Positions 45,371 through 55,798 of a DNA stretch of 64,000 nucleotides are shown here, in pieces. The DNA is taken from positions 2,852,001 to 2,916,000 of the forward strand of contig OX337228.1 of assembly GCA_946965045.2 (NCBI GenBank), read 5' to 3'. The stretch's first letter is position 1; every line of letters begins with the position of its first letter. The translations under genes and the position numbers were made by a program. Origin of the DNA: Epithemia pelagica. Taxonomy: Eukaryota; Protista; Bacillariophyta. The notes below the pieces were generated by a model. That model had not been told where the DNA came from. It made no database searches and was given only the letters and a program-made list of their open reading frames with translations.

Positions 45371-45512
45371 AGATGGACAGTCCAGTGCTCATCGTGGCGC
45401 GCGCGATACGATATACATCAATGCTCCTGATCCGTGACTTCCGAGTCATGATTCATGATGCGATCAAAAAGAGACACAAAGAAGAACCACCCAAGACAAA
45501 CCCATAACTACG

Positions 45513-46502
45513 ATGAAGTTGAGAAGACGGATCTTCTTGTCCTTAGTTTCACTGGCATTCACTCCTCTATTGACGGCCAAAAACCAAGGGGTATCTTGCA
45601 GGTCCTCCATAGGATCCAAACGGTACAACAATCCCAATCAATTTCGTGTTTCGAGCATCAAAGGCGATCCGTACGGCAGCGATGACGATTTCGAAGCAAC
45701 ATCCTTCACTTTTGCGCCTACAGTATCTGTTCAAACCGCTGGAATGAGCCTGTTCGTGTCGGAATCTCCGAAGTCGGCTGAAATCATACAATTGATACGA
45801 AAAAGTACAGCCCTCTTTCCTTCACTCATGGCAACCGCTCTGTCGTCTTTGGGGATTTTCGTGTCTTGGCAGATCCCCCGTTTCAGGCATACATTGCAAT
45901 CATGGACTGTTGCGAGCAGGTACAACCTCGATCAAGGCAGATGGCCATCTCTGGTTCTTTCAGCAATTTCACATTCCTCTGTTACGCACATTTTCTTCAA
46001 TCTTTTGACTTTGTTGTCCTTTGGACCATCCGTTCAACGATCGTTGCAATCGACTTCTCTACAACCATGGCCTATATGGCCGCTACTGTTGGGTTCTTCG
46101 ATTTCAGGATCTGGCATGTACCTAACTTGGCAGGCCGTGGTAGCCGCCGTCGCTCGATCATTAAACCATCGTGTGTATTCAACAAGATCTGGCTGTATGG
46201 GATTGTCGGCGGTCACATGCGCTTTGGTGGCTGTCCATAGTCGCATGAATCCGGACGCACGCTTGCAAATGTTGGTTGCTGGAGTGATACCTGTTCATAT
46301 GTCAGCACATATTCTGCTTTCTGTATTGTTTGCTTTTTCTGTTGTGGCAATGCTGGTCACCTCGAACAGGGAAGGTGGCACCGCTCATTCAGCTCATGTA
46401 GGTGGCCTCCTTTTTGGATTAATGTATCACGAAATCTGGACGCGTCGCTATCGACTTGCCTGGAGAATTCATCAAGCAAAGAGAAGATTTTTGTCAAATT
46501 AG
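45513..46502 (+). CDS. Rhomboid-family intramembrane serine protease, probably organellar
   Basis: W.SLVLSAISH..VTHIFFNL, GLSA (catalytic Ser), AHSAHVGG (catalytic His). Confidence 0.88.
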   Translation: MKLRRRIFLSLVSLAFTPLLTAKNQGVSCRSSIGSKRYNNPNQFRVSSIKGDPYGSDDDFEATSFTFAPTVSVQTAGMSLFVSESPKSAEIIQLIRKSTALFPSLMATALSSLGIFVSWQIPRFRHTLQSWTVASRYNLDQGRWPSLVLSAISHSSVTHIFFNLLTLLSFGPSVQRSLQSTSLQPWPIWPLLLGSSISGSGMYLTWQAVVAAVARSLNHRVYSTRSGCMGLSAVTCALVAVHSRMNPDARLQMLVAGVIPVHMSAHILLSVLFAFSVVAMLVTSNREGGTAHSAHVGGLLFGLMYHEIWTRRYRLAWRIHQAKRRFLSN

Positions 46503-46666
46503 GCGAATCGCTATGTGAAATATCTGCTTTTCCTTGGAAGAAGTGACCATAGTTTGTTTCGATTGTTGACAGGGTATTCATAGGAATGGTTTGGATGAAG
46601 ATGGGGTCTGGAGGACTCTTATGACACTTAATCCTACTCCTAGGAGTACGACTTTGCATTATGTTA

Positions 46667-47439
46667 GGCTATCTCCACCCGAGCGCCGCTATGCTGACGT
46701 ATTGGGGCTTTCTGATTGGCCTCGCTATCCGGATAGCGGATTAGCGGAGCCAAAGGAAAATAAACTCCACGATCTCCGTAAAAAGAACGCCGCTATCGTA
46801 CGCATTGCGCATATGCCCTCTCTTGTTTCGGTTAAAAAGGGGTGCGGCTTGCGGAATTCAAACAAGACAATCAACGAGAGCACAAAGCATAAACCAAAGA
46901 TGGAGGACTCGTTGTTTTCCCTCTTCATTGTTGACTGTCATGGTGAATCATGTTATTGTTCATGGCCAATGTAGATGTAGGTTGTAGGTTGCAGTCCAAT
47001 CGTCCTATTGTATTCCCTGTCCGATTTCCGATTGATTGTCTGATAATCGAACACATCAATAGTTTGAATGATGCATTTGTTTGATTGTTGCATTCCTTCC
47101 GATCCGTGATCCTCGAATCATCTTGCTGTGCATTTGCTGTGCATGGTTCTTGTCCCATTGTAGGAAGTAGGGAACACAACAATGGAAAAAGAGATGGTAA
47201 GCGATCGTCACAAATCAGTATTGTACGTGCCATTGCCATGTTTTCGACAAGAGAGATACTGTTGGCAGCAGCCGTTAATTTATTCGTGCCGACGGTTATA
47301 TTTTGCTCCGCTATCCGCTATTTTCCCCGCTATTCGGGGCCCCACATAGCGGCAAAAATAGCGGATAGCGGAGCTGTTTAGCGGTTAGAGGAGATGGTGG
47401 AGTTCGATAGCGGCCCCGGGTCCCCGGGTGGAGATAGCC
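46667..47439. mobile_element. Tourist-like MITE (PIF/Harbinger), 773 bp, TTA TSD
   Basis: TTA|GGCTATCTCCACCCG ... CGGGTGGAGATAGCC|TTA; many subterminal CGCTAT/ATAGCG motifs. Confidence 0.9.
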
Positions 47440-47848
47440 TTATCCAACACTACCTAGCTAGTTAGGAGTACTCTCTAGTAGGAGAAAAAAAAAACTGGAA
47501 ATCTATTAGGAGTATAACGCTGCCGCACGCACCACGCATGATGACGCCGACCGACGCGCCGGGCCTAGAAAACTAGGCGAGGACTAAATAGGGTAGCTTG
47601 AGAGGAGCTCAAGCTAGTCCAGCATAATGAAGAATGACGGGACGCCATAGGAGTACTCTCTAGTACTGGAACATCGCGAAATTGCCTTTTGCGCCTGATG
47701 TTAGCAACGTCGGCCACGGACACTCCTAGCAAGTGAAATAGAAGGTAGTGAAATACTGGAGAACTAACTAGGAGTAATATTTACTGTCAAGATCATAACT
47801 GAAAGCACCGTCAGGCCATAGTGGTCGTTGTTGTTCTTCGAATGAGAT

Positions 47849-48921
47849 TCAGTCCTGAACCATATGGGTGGCATCGTCGTCATCATAGTCATAGTCGTCA
47901 TCATCATTGCCCCTGCGGTTATTGTTGTTGTTGTTGTTGCGGCGTCGGGTAGTTGGGGTGGTAAACACGCGGATCCCACCCTCTTTCTTTTTGTAACGCT
48001 TCTCCTTAGCAACAAGATCGACGGCAAGGATGAAGACCATCTGCTGCACTCCACCAAGATGAAAGTCGGTGTCGTTGTTTCCAAAGGCTTGGACTTCCCA
48101 GCAAGAAATTTGTTCCTCAACTGGAAATGGAAGCTTCACACTCTGCGGGTCGCCCATCAGACGTTGTTCCACGGAGCCATCTCCGTGTTTTTTCTTGATG
48201 CTGTCGACTGCCATCTTGTAGGCAGTGGCCTTGTGGGTGTTTTCGTTGATCTCGTCATTCGCAACAAATAGACGGTCATCGCTCACAAAGAATGGAGGAA
48301 CTATAACTCCGAGTTGAAGCTCTTGACCACCGGGACTGACCTTGGGGCGGTAGGCACTGTTTGGCAGGCCATAGACCAAAAAGTCAACACTGCAGTGTTT
48401 TTCGTCGGCTTCTTCATACTCGTAGAGGAAGTAGGGAAACGCCACATCCATGGAAAAAGGCTTCTTGGTGGGGGCCTTACCGACACTCATCTTTCCCAGT
48501 AGCTCTGTAATACCGTCCACTTGTTCGTCTTCGTTCTCGTCCTCACTGACTTCTTCACCGTTGTCACTGCCGTCCACCTCTGCTTCGTCGTCCTCCTCTT
48601 GTTCAGCAGCGCCGGTGTCCTCTTCTAGTACAACACAAATGAGTTAGACATGCAGTAGTTGAAACACTCACATCCGTGGTACTTACCTTGAGGCTTCCGA
48701 CTACCACTCAACGTCTGATCCACGTTCCACTGTCGTGCCTTCTTTCGGAAGAGGGGAGCAAAGTTACGGTACTTTCGCTCCGGAAAGTGCTGCTGGCGGA
48801 CTTGTTCAATAGCCTTTTGGTCTAAATTTGTGGTCGAGACCCCACCTTTAGACACAGGCTTGCTGAACAACACGTGAAGCTTGGCGTCGTTGTCCTTGCC
48901 CCATTTACCGGTGTCCGACAT
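47849..48921 (-). CDS. Transposon accessory protein (336 aa), 2 exons (intron 48625-48686)
   Basis: GTAAGT...TACTAG splice joins MSDTGKW...RKPQ to the acidic linker and the 47849-48577 ORF in frame. Basic helical N-domain, acidic linker, beta-rich C-domain. Confidence 0.8.
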
Positions 48922-49342
48922 CAGTTTTGTGGTTTTATGGCATGTTTTCCGGTTTTCCGGTTTATCAGAGAGATTTGAGACTCGTTGTTTTCTACAAGAA
49001 CAACTTGATGTGTGACAGATCACACATGGGGAGACGAAACACATGACTTTGATCGGACACGATGGATCGGGTCTACTTGAAGACTCGTGTCCCATGGCAT
49101 ATGTGATCCATGTTCATTGATGTAGGGCAATGTTATTCTTTATCTATGTAGGCAATTGTATGGATCGGTGATCGGTGTGCATCCTCAGCCCTTTGTGTGT
49201 GCTACGTGACACAACAAACCACAATGGAACAATGGATCCAAGAACTGATAAATGAAAAAATGATGGAGACAAACGACACACACACAACATAGGATTAGTT
49301 ACGATGAAGCTAACCAAATAATGAAGATAAGCTGAAAACTCA

Positions 49343-49620
49343 AAACGGCAGATCGGAGCTAAACGGCAGATCGGAGCTAAACGGCAGATAGGAGCTAAAC
49401 GGAAGAAAGGCGAAAAACGGAAGAAAGGCGAAAAACGGAAGGAGCTACGAGAAAACACGTAGGATTTTGTACTAGGAGGCGATAAACGGAAGAAAGGCGC
49501 TAAACGGCAGAAAGGCGCTAAACGGCAGAAAGGCGCTCAACGGCAGATCGGAGCTAAACGGCAGATCGGAGAAAAAAGGCAGATCAGAGCTAAACGACAG
49601 ATCAGATCTAAACGGTAGAG
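49343..49620. repeat. 18-bp tandem array (~14 copies in two blocks)
   Basis: Units AAACGGCAGATCGGAGCT and AAACGG(A/C)AGAAAGGCG(AA/CT). Confidence 0.92.
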
Positions 49621-50111
49621 CACGTCGTAAGTAGGACTGATCCATCACCATCTGATATTCGGAAGTTTGAATTTTTTTAGCTTAAGCCTTCTTATGGAAA
49701 GCAAGCAATGATTCTGTCTTCTTTATGTGCTGATCCCCGAGTCGCATCACACCAACTCGATGTCTTGGGTCTTGGACAAATTTTTAGACTCTGTAGCTAC
49801 TCAGAGACTGCGTGTACTCGTTGTACTCTGTGATTTTCAATCGAATCATTTACGAGTTTCTCATGTTCCCTATTAGATATCGGCCAATGGAAGCCATTCA
49901 GAAATTTCCAATGCATCTCATGTTCTTGTGGGCTGTTCTTGTAACTTTATAACTACACTACTATTACATCAAAAATGGGGAAAAAGTATCTAAAGGGCAT
50001 AACTTGTTGAGTCTCCGTTGGTGCACCTCACACGATCCATCTCCCGCACTGCGAGAGCCGCACACTCAAATCTTTATGTGAGAGTCCTCTCCTCTCTCGT
50101 GTCACAGAAGA

Positions 50112-51078
50112 ATGGATTTGCCAGATCGAAAGCGACAACGGTCCGAAGCACCTCACGCCGATGATGTGCTGAGGATTGCGCGTGGGATCTGGGGACGCGA
50201 TGGCCTTAGAGAGCGTTCCACCCAGACCGAGGATCTGGAGTTTCGGAGCTTTTTTGGGTGTTCGGTGGCAGTGTTTTTGTCTTTGTGGTCCTTGCTGGGA
50301 ACGACCGACACCATACCTGAAGGGGGCACAATCACTCATTTGTTGTGGACCCTTCTATTTCTGAAGGTCTACTCAAATGCAAAGTCATTGTGTGCCCTTG
50401 TAGGTGGGGTTGACCCGGAAACCTTCCGCAAGTGGACGTGGTTGTTCATTCCGGCAATTGCTAACCTAGAACCCCTAGTGGTAAGTGGTGCTACTTGTTG
50501 TGAAAGGGATGTCGGTCTTTTCTTATCTAACCCCATTGCTACAGATAATATTTGAAAATAGGTTTAAGAGAGATGTTGGCAATGACTGCCTTATGTCAGT
50601 GGATGGTACGGACTTTCGCATACAGGAGCACGGCCGGAAGTTCTTTTCGTTCAAGTTCAAAAAGAGTGGTCTCCGGTACGAGGTAGGCCTTTGCATCCTC
50701 ACTGGAGACATTGTGTGGATCAATGGTCCGTATGAGTGTGGGTTGTGGAATGATCTTATGATCTTCCGCAACTCCCTACTCTCGCACCTAGAACCAAACG
50801 AACGCGTGGAAGCAGATGATGGGTATCTCGGAGAGCATCCGAAAAAAGTCAAATGCCCAAAAGGCTTCGCCAATCCACCCCAAACAAAAAGAATGCAACA
50901 ACGTGTTCGTAGTCGCCAGGAGACAATTAACAAGAGGTTTAAGCTTTGGGGCTGCCTCGCCCAAACCTTTCGACACGACCTCGATCAGCACGGAGATGTT
51001 TTCAGAGCTGTTGCCGTAATTTGCCAGCTCACAATAAACAACGGTGAACAACTCTTTCAGGTTGACTACAAAGATTAA
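50112..51078 (+). CDS. DDE transposase (DDE_Tnp_4/Harbinger-like, 300 aa), 2 exons (intron 50481-50544)
   Basis: N-terminal HTH region (LLWTLLFLKVY..ETFRKW); catalytic SVDGTD, EADDGY, RQETINKRFK; phase-0 GTAAGT...CTACAG intron. Confidence 0.92.
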
Positions 51079-51490
51079 TTTATAGCGCCTAAGGAATGTT
51101 AGTTGTCTATTTGTATGCCAATTGTTTGTATCCGTAGGTTAACAGGTTGCAAGCTACAGCTCTACCTGCTACGAGCCATTGCTAGGAGTGTCCGTGGCCG
51201 ACGTTGCTAACATCAGGCGCAAAAGGCAATTTCGCGATGTTCCACTCCTAGGAGTAGCTGAAATCGGGCTTTAGCAGTCGCGAATCGAAAACATTTTCGC
51301 GACCGGCGATGTTCCACGGGGGATTGCGGTGTTGCGTCAGTGCTTTTCTTCGTTGAAGTCAGTGCTTTGTGTTTGTGTCGGTGTCAAGGTCAAGAGAGAT
51401 CGACACCGCCAGAGAGGGAACGCACCAAGACCGCTTCTCGTCTTCACATTGCCTCATTCTTGACGGCTGTCTCTCCCTTACTTTTGGACA

Positions 51491-54289
51491 ATGAGAGGGC
51501 CCTCGTGCTCGAAAGAGCCTTCTTCATTGGTCTTTCTTACAGTAGTCGCCTGTTGGGTTCATGCGTCTGCTTTCGCCCCGAGAAATTTTCCTTTGTCTCA
51601 ACAGAGAACCTATCGAAGGCTTTTACCGAACTGTGCTGTCAAAGAGTCGCAAGCAGTAAAGGAAAGAGTCAATGGTGAGACAAAAGAGAAAGCCGATCAA
51701 CCAATCACTCTGCGAGTTAATGGAGATGAAAAGATATCAGAATACGGAGCCCGGGATAGGAGAACGATGGACGCGATGGATGAGGTTTACCTCGCAGCAG
51801 AAGATTTGTCTGAATTTATGCAAGAGGTAAACAGTCTCGTTTCTCAAGGCACCGCTGATATTCTCAACAACCTTACAGCCAATGTGGATGAGAAAGTTCG
51901 CTTGCCATCGGACTCGGCGAATGAGCTCTCTACCCTGTTGGCGGACATGACGAGGGATATTCAACGAGCGCAGCAAGATGAATTAGAGAGACAACTGAAG
52001 GAAATTGAAAAAGTTGTTCTGGGACCATTGGAAGAGCTTGCCTTCAACGACGTCCCATTGTTTCAGGGCAACGCCTCGCTTGCACAGAAGAGTGTGATCC
52101 CAGAGGCCGTCATCAGAGGCCCCCCAGCTAGCGAACTCGTCTTAATTGGAAAAAATTCAACTTTGGCTTTGACCAGTCAGAGAACATCTCGAGATATTCT
52201 TGCAAACTGGAACGTGGCTCCCTTCTACTATTCAATCGCACTCTTGGCCCGATGGGTCAGGAAGGCTTCTTATCCCTCAATTTATGCTTTGCGGTTTGGG
52301 AAAAGTATCGCGTCCGTCTTTAAGAGCAACACCGGGGCCCGTCAAGGATCCAAGGCCGTGGAAACCGGGGAAAACTTACAGTCAGGGTGGAAACGAACTG
52401 GCGAGATTGCATCCAAGGGCGCAATTGCGAAGAAATGGGCAATTATGCGCAGGTCAGCAGAAATCTGGGCGTACTTCTGTTCCTTTTATTTGAAAGATCG
52501 TCGAATCTCGGCCAAGTATGAAAGTGGACAGTGGTCGGAGGAGAAGTTCAAAGAAGAGCGATCGAGGTTAGGCGCTGAGGTGACTCAAAACTTGCTCAAG
52601 TTAGGCCCAACGTTCATCAAGGTGGGCCAGCTTTTCTCTACTCGGATAGATATTGTTCCAAAAGAGTACATCGATCAGCTAAAGCGACTGCAAGACAATG
52701 TTCCTGCTTTTTCGGGTGATCTGGCGGTGAAGATTATCGAGGAAGAGCTGGGGAAACCAATTAATGAGCTGTTTGATGAATTCAACAAAACCTCTTTGGC
52801 AGCTGCATCGCTTGGACAAGTCCATGTCGCACGAAAGGGGGATGAGTTGCTTGCGATAAAAGTGCAACGACAGTACTTGCGTGAACTGTTCGAAGTGGAT
52901 CTTGGTCAACTTCGTCAGGTTGCTGCGTTTGCTGATGCTTTGGATCTGACCTCGGAAGGAGGCTTGTTGGATCGAAATACTCAGAGAGATTGGGTAGGAG
53001 TGTTTGAAGAGAACAAACGCTTGTTGTATGAGGAAATTGATTACTTGAATGAAATGAAAAACTGCGACAAGTTTCGCGAGAACTTTGCCAAAATGAAGCA
53101 CATCAGAGTACCGAAGACTTATCCCGAATACACAACGGGCAGAATCATGGCCATGGAGTATGTTCCTGGCATCAAGATAACAGATCTGCAAAGGATCGAC
53201 GAGGCTAACCTTGACCCAGTTGAAATAAGTACCAAGATGGCCCAAGCGTTTTTGGAACAACTCTGTCGACATGGCTTCTTTCATTCTGACCCACATCCTG
53301 GTAACGGTACGTCCACAGCTCATTCGTTTGCTTTGCAACGCGGAACTAACCCCGCCATTTGTTTGTTGGCTTTAGTTGCGGTCGAAAGAATGCCAAATGG
53401 AGAAGCCCGGTTGATATTCTACGATTTTGGGATGATGGATTCCGTGGATGCCATTCGACGAAAGTCAGTTGTGGACTTCTTCTTTGCGATATACTATGAT
53501 TGCAACGTCAAAGATGCATGTGACGCGCTAGAACGAGTGGGAGTCTTACGAACTGGAGGTGACTACGATCGCGTTGCGGTGGAACGTGTGGGACAAGACT
53601 TTATTGATCGATTTCAAGATACATTGAAGGCCGACGGGAAATGGGACAATGAACTCACGGAAGAGGAACGAAAATTCGAATTGCGCAATCGAAGAAAGAA
53701 ATTGGGTGAAGAATTTCTGTCCCTCAACCGGGATAGCCCGTTCATATTCCCTCCTACTCTGACATTTGTGTTTCGCGCATTCTTCTCCGTCGATGGAATC
53801 GGGAAAACGTTGAATCCTAACTATGACTTGACCCGACTGACTTTGCCGTACCTGAAAGAATTGCTGGATCTCAAGGACGGGTCTGCGTTCAAAACGACTC
53901 TTCTCCGGCTCGGAAAGCGTGTTGGATTGCGACCCGAAGATATCAATCAAGCAGTGACACAACCACGACGTACGGCCAAAGTTGAAGATATTGTAACGCG
54001 GCTGGAGCAAGGGGATTTCAAACTGCGTGTTAGGGCGCTCGAAGTGGAACGGCAAATGGAGCGAAACAAGATGACACAGCGCGTCACCTTTCAGGCGGTC
54101 CTGTCGAGTCTGTTCCTTCAAGGAGCCATGGGCGTGATTGTGTCGGGAATGGTCCCACCGCCTGTTGCCAAACCACTCACTCGTGGACTTCTGGCCGTTG
54201 CCGCAGGCCTTGGTCTCGTGGGCGTTCCCTTGGGCCTCTTCCGCATCAACAAACTCGATAAATACAATGAACGGTATGGTGTAAAGTGA
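51491..54289 (+). CDS. Plastid ABC1/UbiB atypical kinase (ABC1K7/8-like); intron 53307-53375
   Basis: Signal peptide + ASAFAP; [46 protein letters not shown]|V, FYDFGM. Confidence 0.92.
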   Translation: MRGPSCSKEPSSLVFLTVVACWVHASAFAPRNFPLSQQRTYRRLLPNCAVKESQAVKERVNGETKEKADQPITLRVNGDEKISEYGARDRRTMDAMDEVYLAAEDLSEFMQEVNSLVSQGTADILNNLTANVDEKVRLPSDSANELSTLLADMTRDIQRAQQDELERQLKEIEKVVLGPLEELAFNDVPLFQGNASLAQKSVIPEAVIRGPPASELVLIGKNSTLALTSQRTSRDILANWNVAPFYYSIALLARWVRKASYPSIYALRFGKSIASVFKSNTGARQGSKAVETGENLQSGWKRTGEIASKGAIAKKWAIMRRSAEIWAYFCSFYLKDRRISAKYESGQWSEEKFKEERSRLGAEVTQNLLKLGPTFIKVGQLFSTRIDIVPKEYIDQLKRLQDNVPAFSGDLAVKIIEEELGKPINELFDEFNKTSLAAASLGQVHVARKGDELLAIKVQRQYLRELFEVDLGQLRQVAAFADALDLTSEGGLLDRNTQRDWVGVFEENKRLLYEEIDYLNEMKNCDKFRENFAKMKHIRVPKTYPEYTTGRIMAMEYVPGIKITDLQRIDEANLDPVEISTKMAQAFLEQLCRHGFFHSDPHPGNGTSTAHSFALQRGTNPAICLLALVAVERMPNGEARLIFYDFGMMDSVDAIRRKSVVDFFFAIYYDCNVKDACDALERVGVLRTGGDYDRVAVERVGQDFIDRFQDTLKADGKWDNELTEEERKFELRNRRKKLGEEFLSLNRDSPFIFPPTLTFVFRAFFSVDGIGKTLNPNYDLTRLTLPYLKELLDLKDGSAFKTTLLRLGKRVGLRPEDINQAVTQPRRTAKVEDIVTRLEQGDFKLRVRALEVERQMERNKMTQRVTFQAVLSSLFLQGAMGVIVSGMVPPPVAKPLTRGLLAVAAGLGLVGVPLGLFRINKLDKYNERYGVK

Positions 54290-55798
54290 GGTCACACTCA
54301 TATCACCTCAGGAAAGGGAAAAAGCCTGTCGCTTGCTTCTATTTCCACTAATGTTTCTCCCCAGTAAGCCCACACACCGTCGACTGCTGTTGTCATGGCC
54401 AACCATGAATGAACGGCAAGAAATCCACGACATTTTTTCATTTTGGTTCGAGAAACACAGCACTCGAATGATTTCGGCAGGACAGATGATTAATATACTG
54501 GCTTGTTCTATCTACCTCTTGTTACATAGATTCTCCGCAAAAGGCAATCCTCGAGAATACTTCTAGGATTTTGGATTTTCAGATGCGACATGGCACATTG
54601 TTAAAACGGACGACGATTGGGATACACCTAACGCTTCTGCTGTTGTTGCACGTGTGGACCAGCTACATGTTCCGCGCACCTCTTTTAGTGGGAAGAAGAT
54701 CCAAGACCACAGACGTGACTGTTGACTTTGTCTTAACTCGCAACAACCGATCATGACAAAAATTCCCCGTTCTTGTGTTTTTGTTACTCCGCCAGCGGAT
54801 CGTGCGTATTGATATACTTCTTCCAGTTCCAGGGATATCCCAGTCGCTCTCTCAAGTTGCAAGACGAATGAGAATGAGCCCCGAGGAAGCGAGAGAAACT
54901 AGAAAATGCAAGATTGAATGAGAGAACTACCCGACTTTTTGAAAAACAGACTCAGTCGCACCCACAATTGTGTGATAGTTAGTGCACCTCGACAGGACAA
55001 AAGACAATGCAATCCGACTATTAGCCAATCAGAAACCAGCTACACATAGGTTTGGTCATCCGCATAGCCTTTCAACAGACAATCAAACAATTCAACGGTC
55101 CACAAATGCGCAAGTCCAGCCAAATACTTAGACAAAAATGCGCCGGACGTCCCCGTATAATAATGTAGAGTGGTCTTGCTGTATACAGATACTTAACGAA
55201 TCTGATTCCCGGGATGCAGGAATTCCATCCAGTGTTTGTTAATTTTGTCGTCGTTGCGAGTCGTTGATGCATGGCCAAGGCCAATCTTGGCTCCGTGGCC
55301 AAAGTCACGCCTGCCAACACGGACGAGCTGGTCGACACAGGAAAAGCCATGATCTGTAGCGTGGGAGATGCGCTACTAGTGCGAAGCTTTTAGCGTCTTG
55401 GTCTCTCGTTCCATGTCGGCAAAAAAATAAACACTTTGGGGCTGGTTGGCAGAGCGAGGGCACACAAACACGTCGCTGTCCACTGATAACTGATAGCCCT
55501 TTTGGTGCGAGGAACATTCATCGCTGCTTCCAACCAGGCAACGGAAGCACTTCAAGTCATTTGTCACCACACCATGGCTTCGATTTCATCGACAATATTC
55601 GTGCCCCTGCATGAACGAGGCCATGTTCATGCTGGAAGACCAAGACGGCGGAAAGAGAGTGAGACATGGATGGAGCACCAGTATGAACTGCTTACTTGCT
55701 TATTACGCCGACGGAGAAGACGAGTTTCTAAGAATGAATCTGAGATGAACCATGAAGAAAGAAGACCAAGACGAACAAGACCACAGGGCTTCAACTCT

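Larger units (their letters stand above)
47668..51243. mobile_element. Apparently intact two-gene PIF/Harbinger-group (PHIS) DNA transposon, 3576 bp
   Basis: Perfect 65-bp TIRs (47668-47732 and 51179-51243, starting GGAACATCGCG), 3-bp ACT duplication, divergent transposase and accessory genes. Confidence 0.92.

Noticed and set aside
49343-49620. CRISPR-like array
   Set aside because: Units are head-to-tail with no unique spacers, no cas genes are present and the context is eukaryotic; it is a minisatellite.
54333-55570. Short ORFs or a possible ncRNA between ABC1K and the mucin-RRM gene
   Set aside because: No conserved motif or stable structure recognised; only a CCAAT-like box near 55026.
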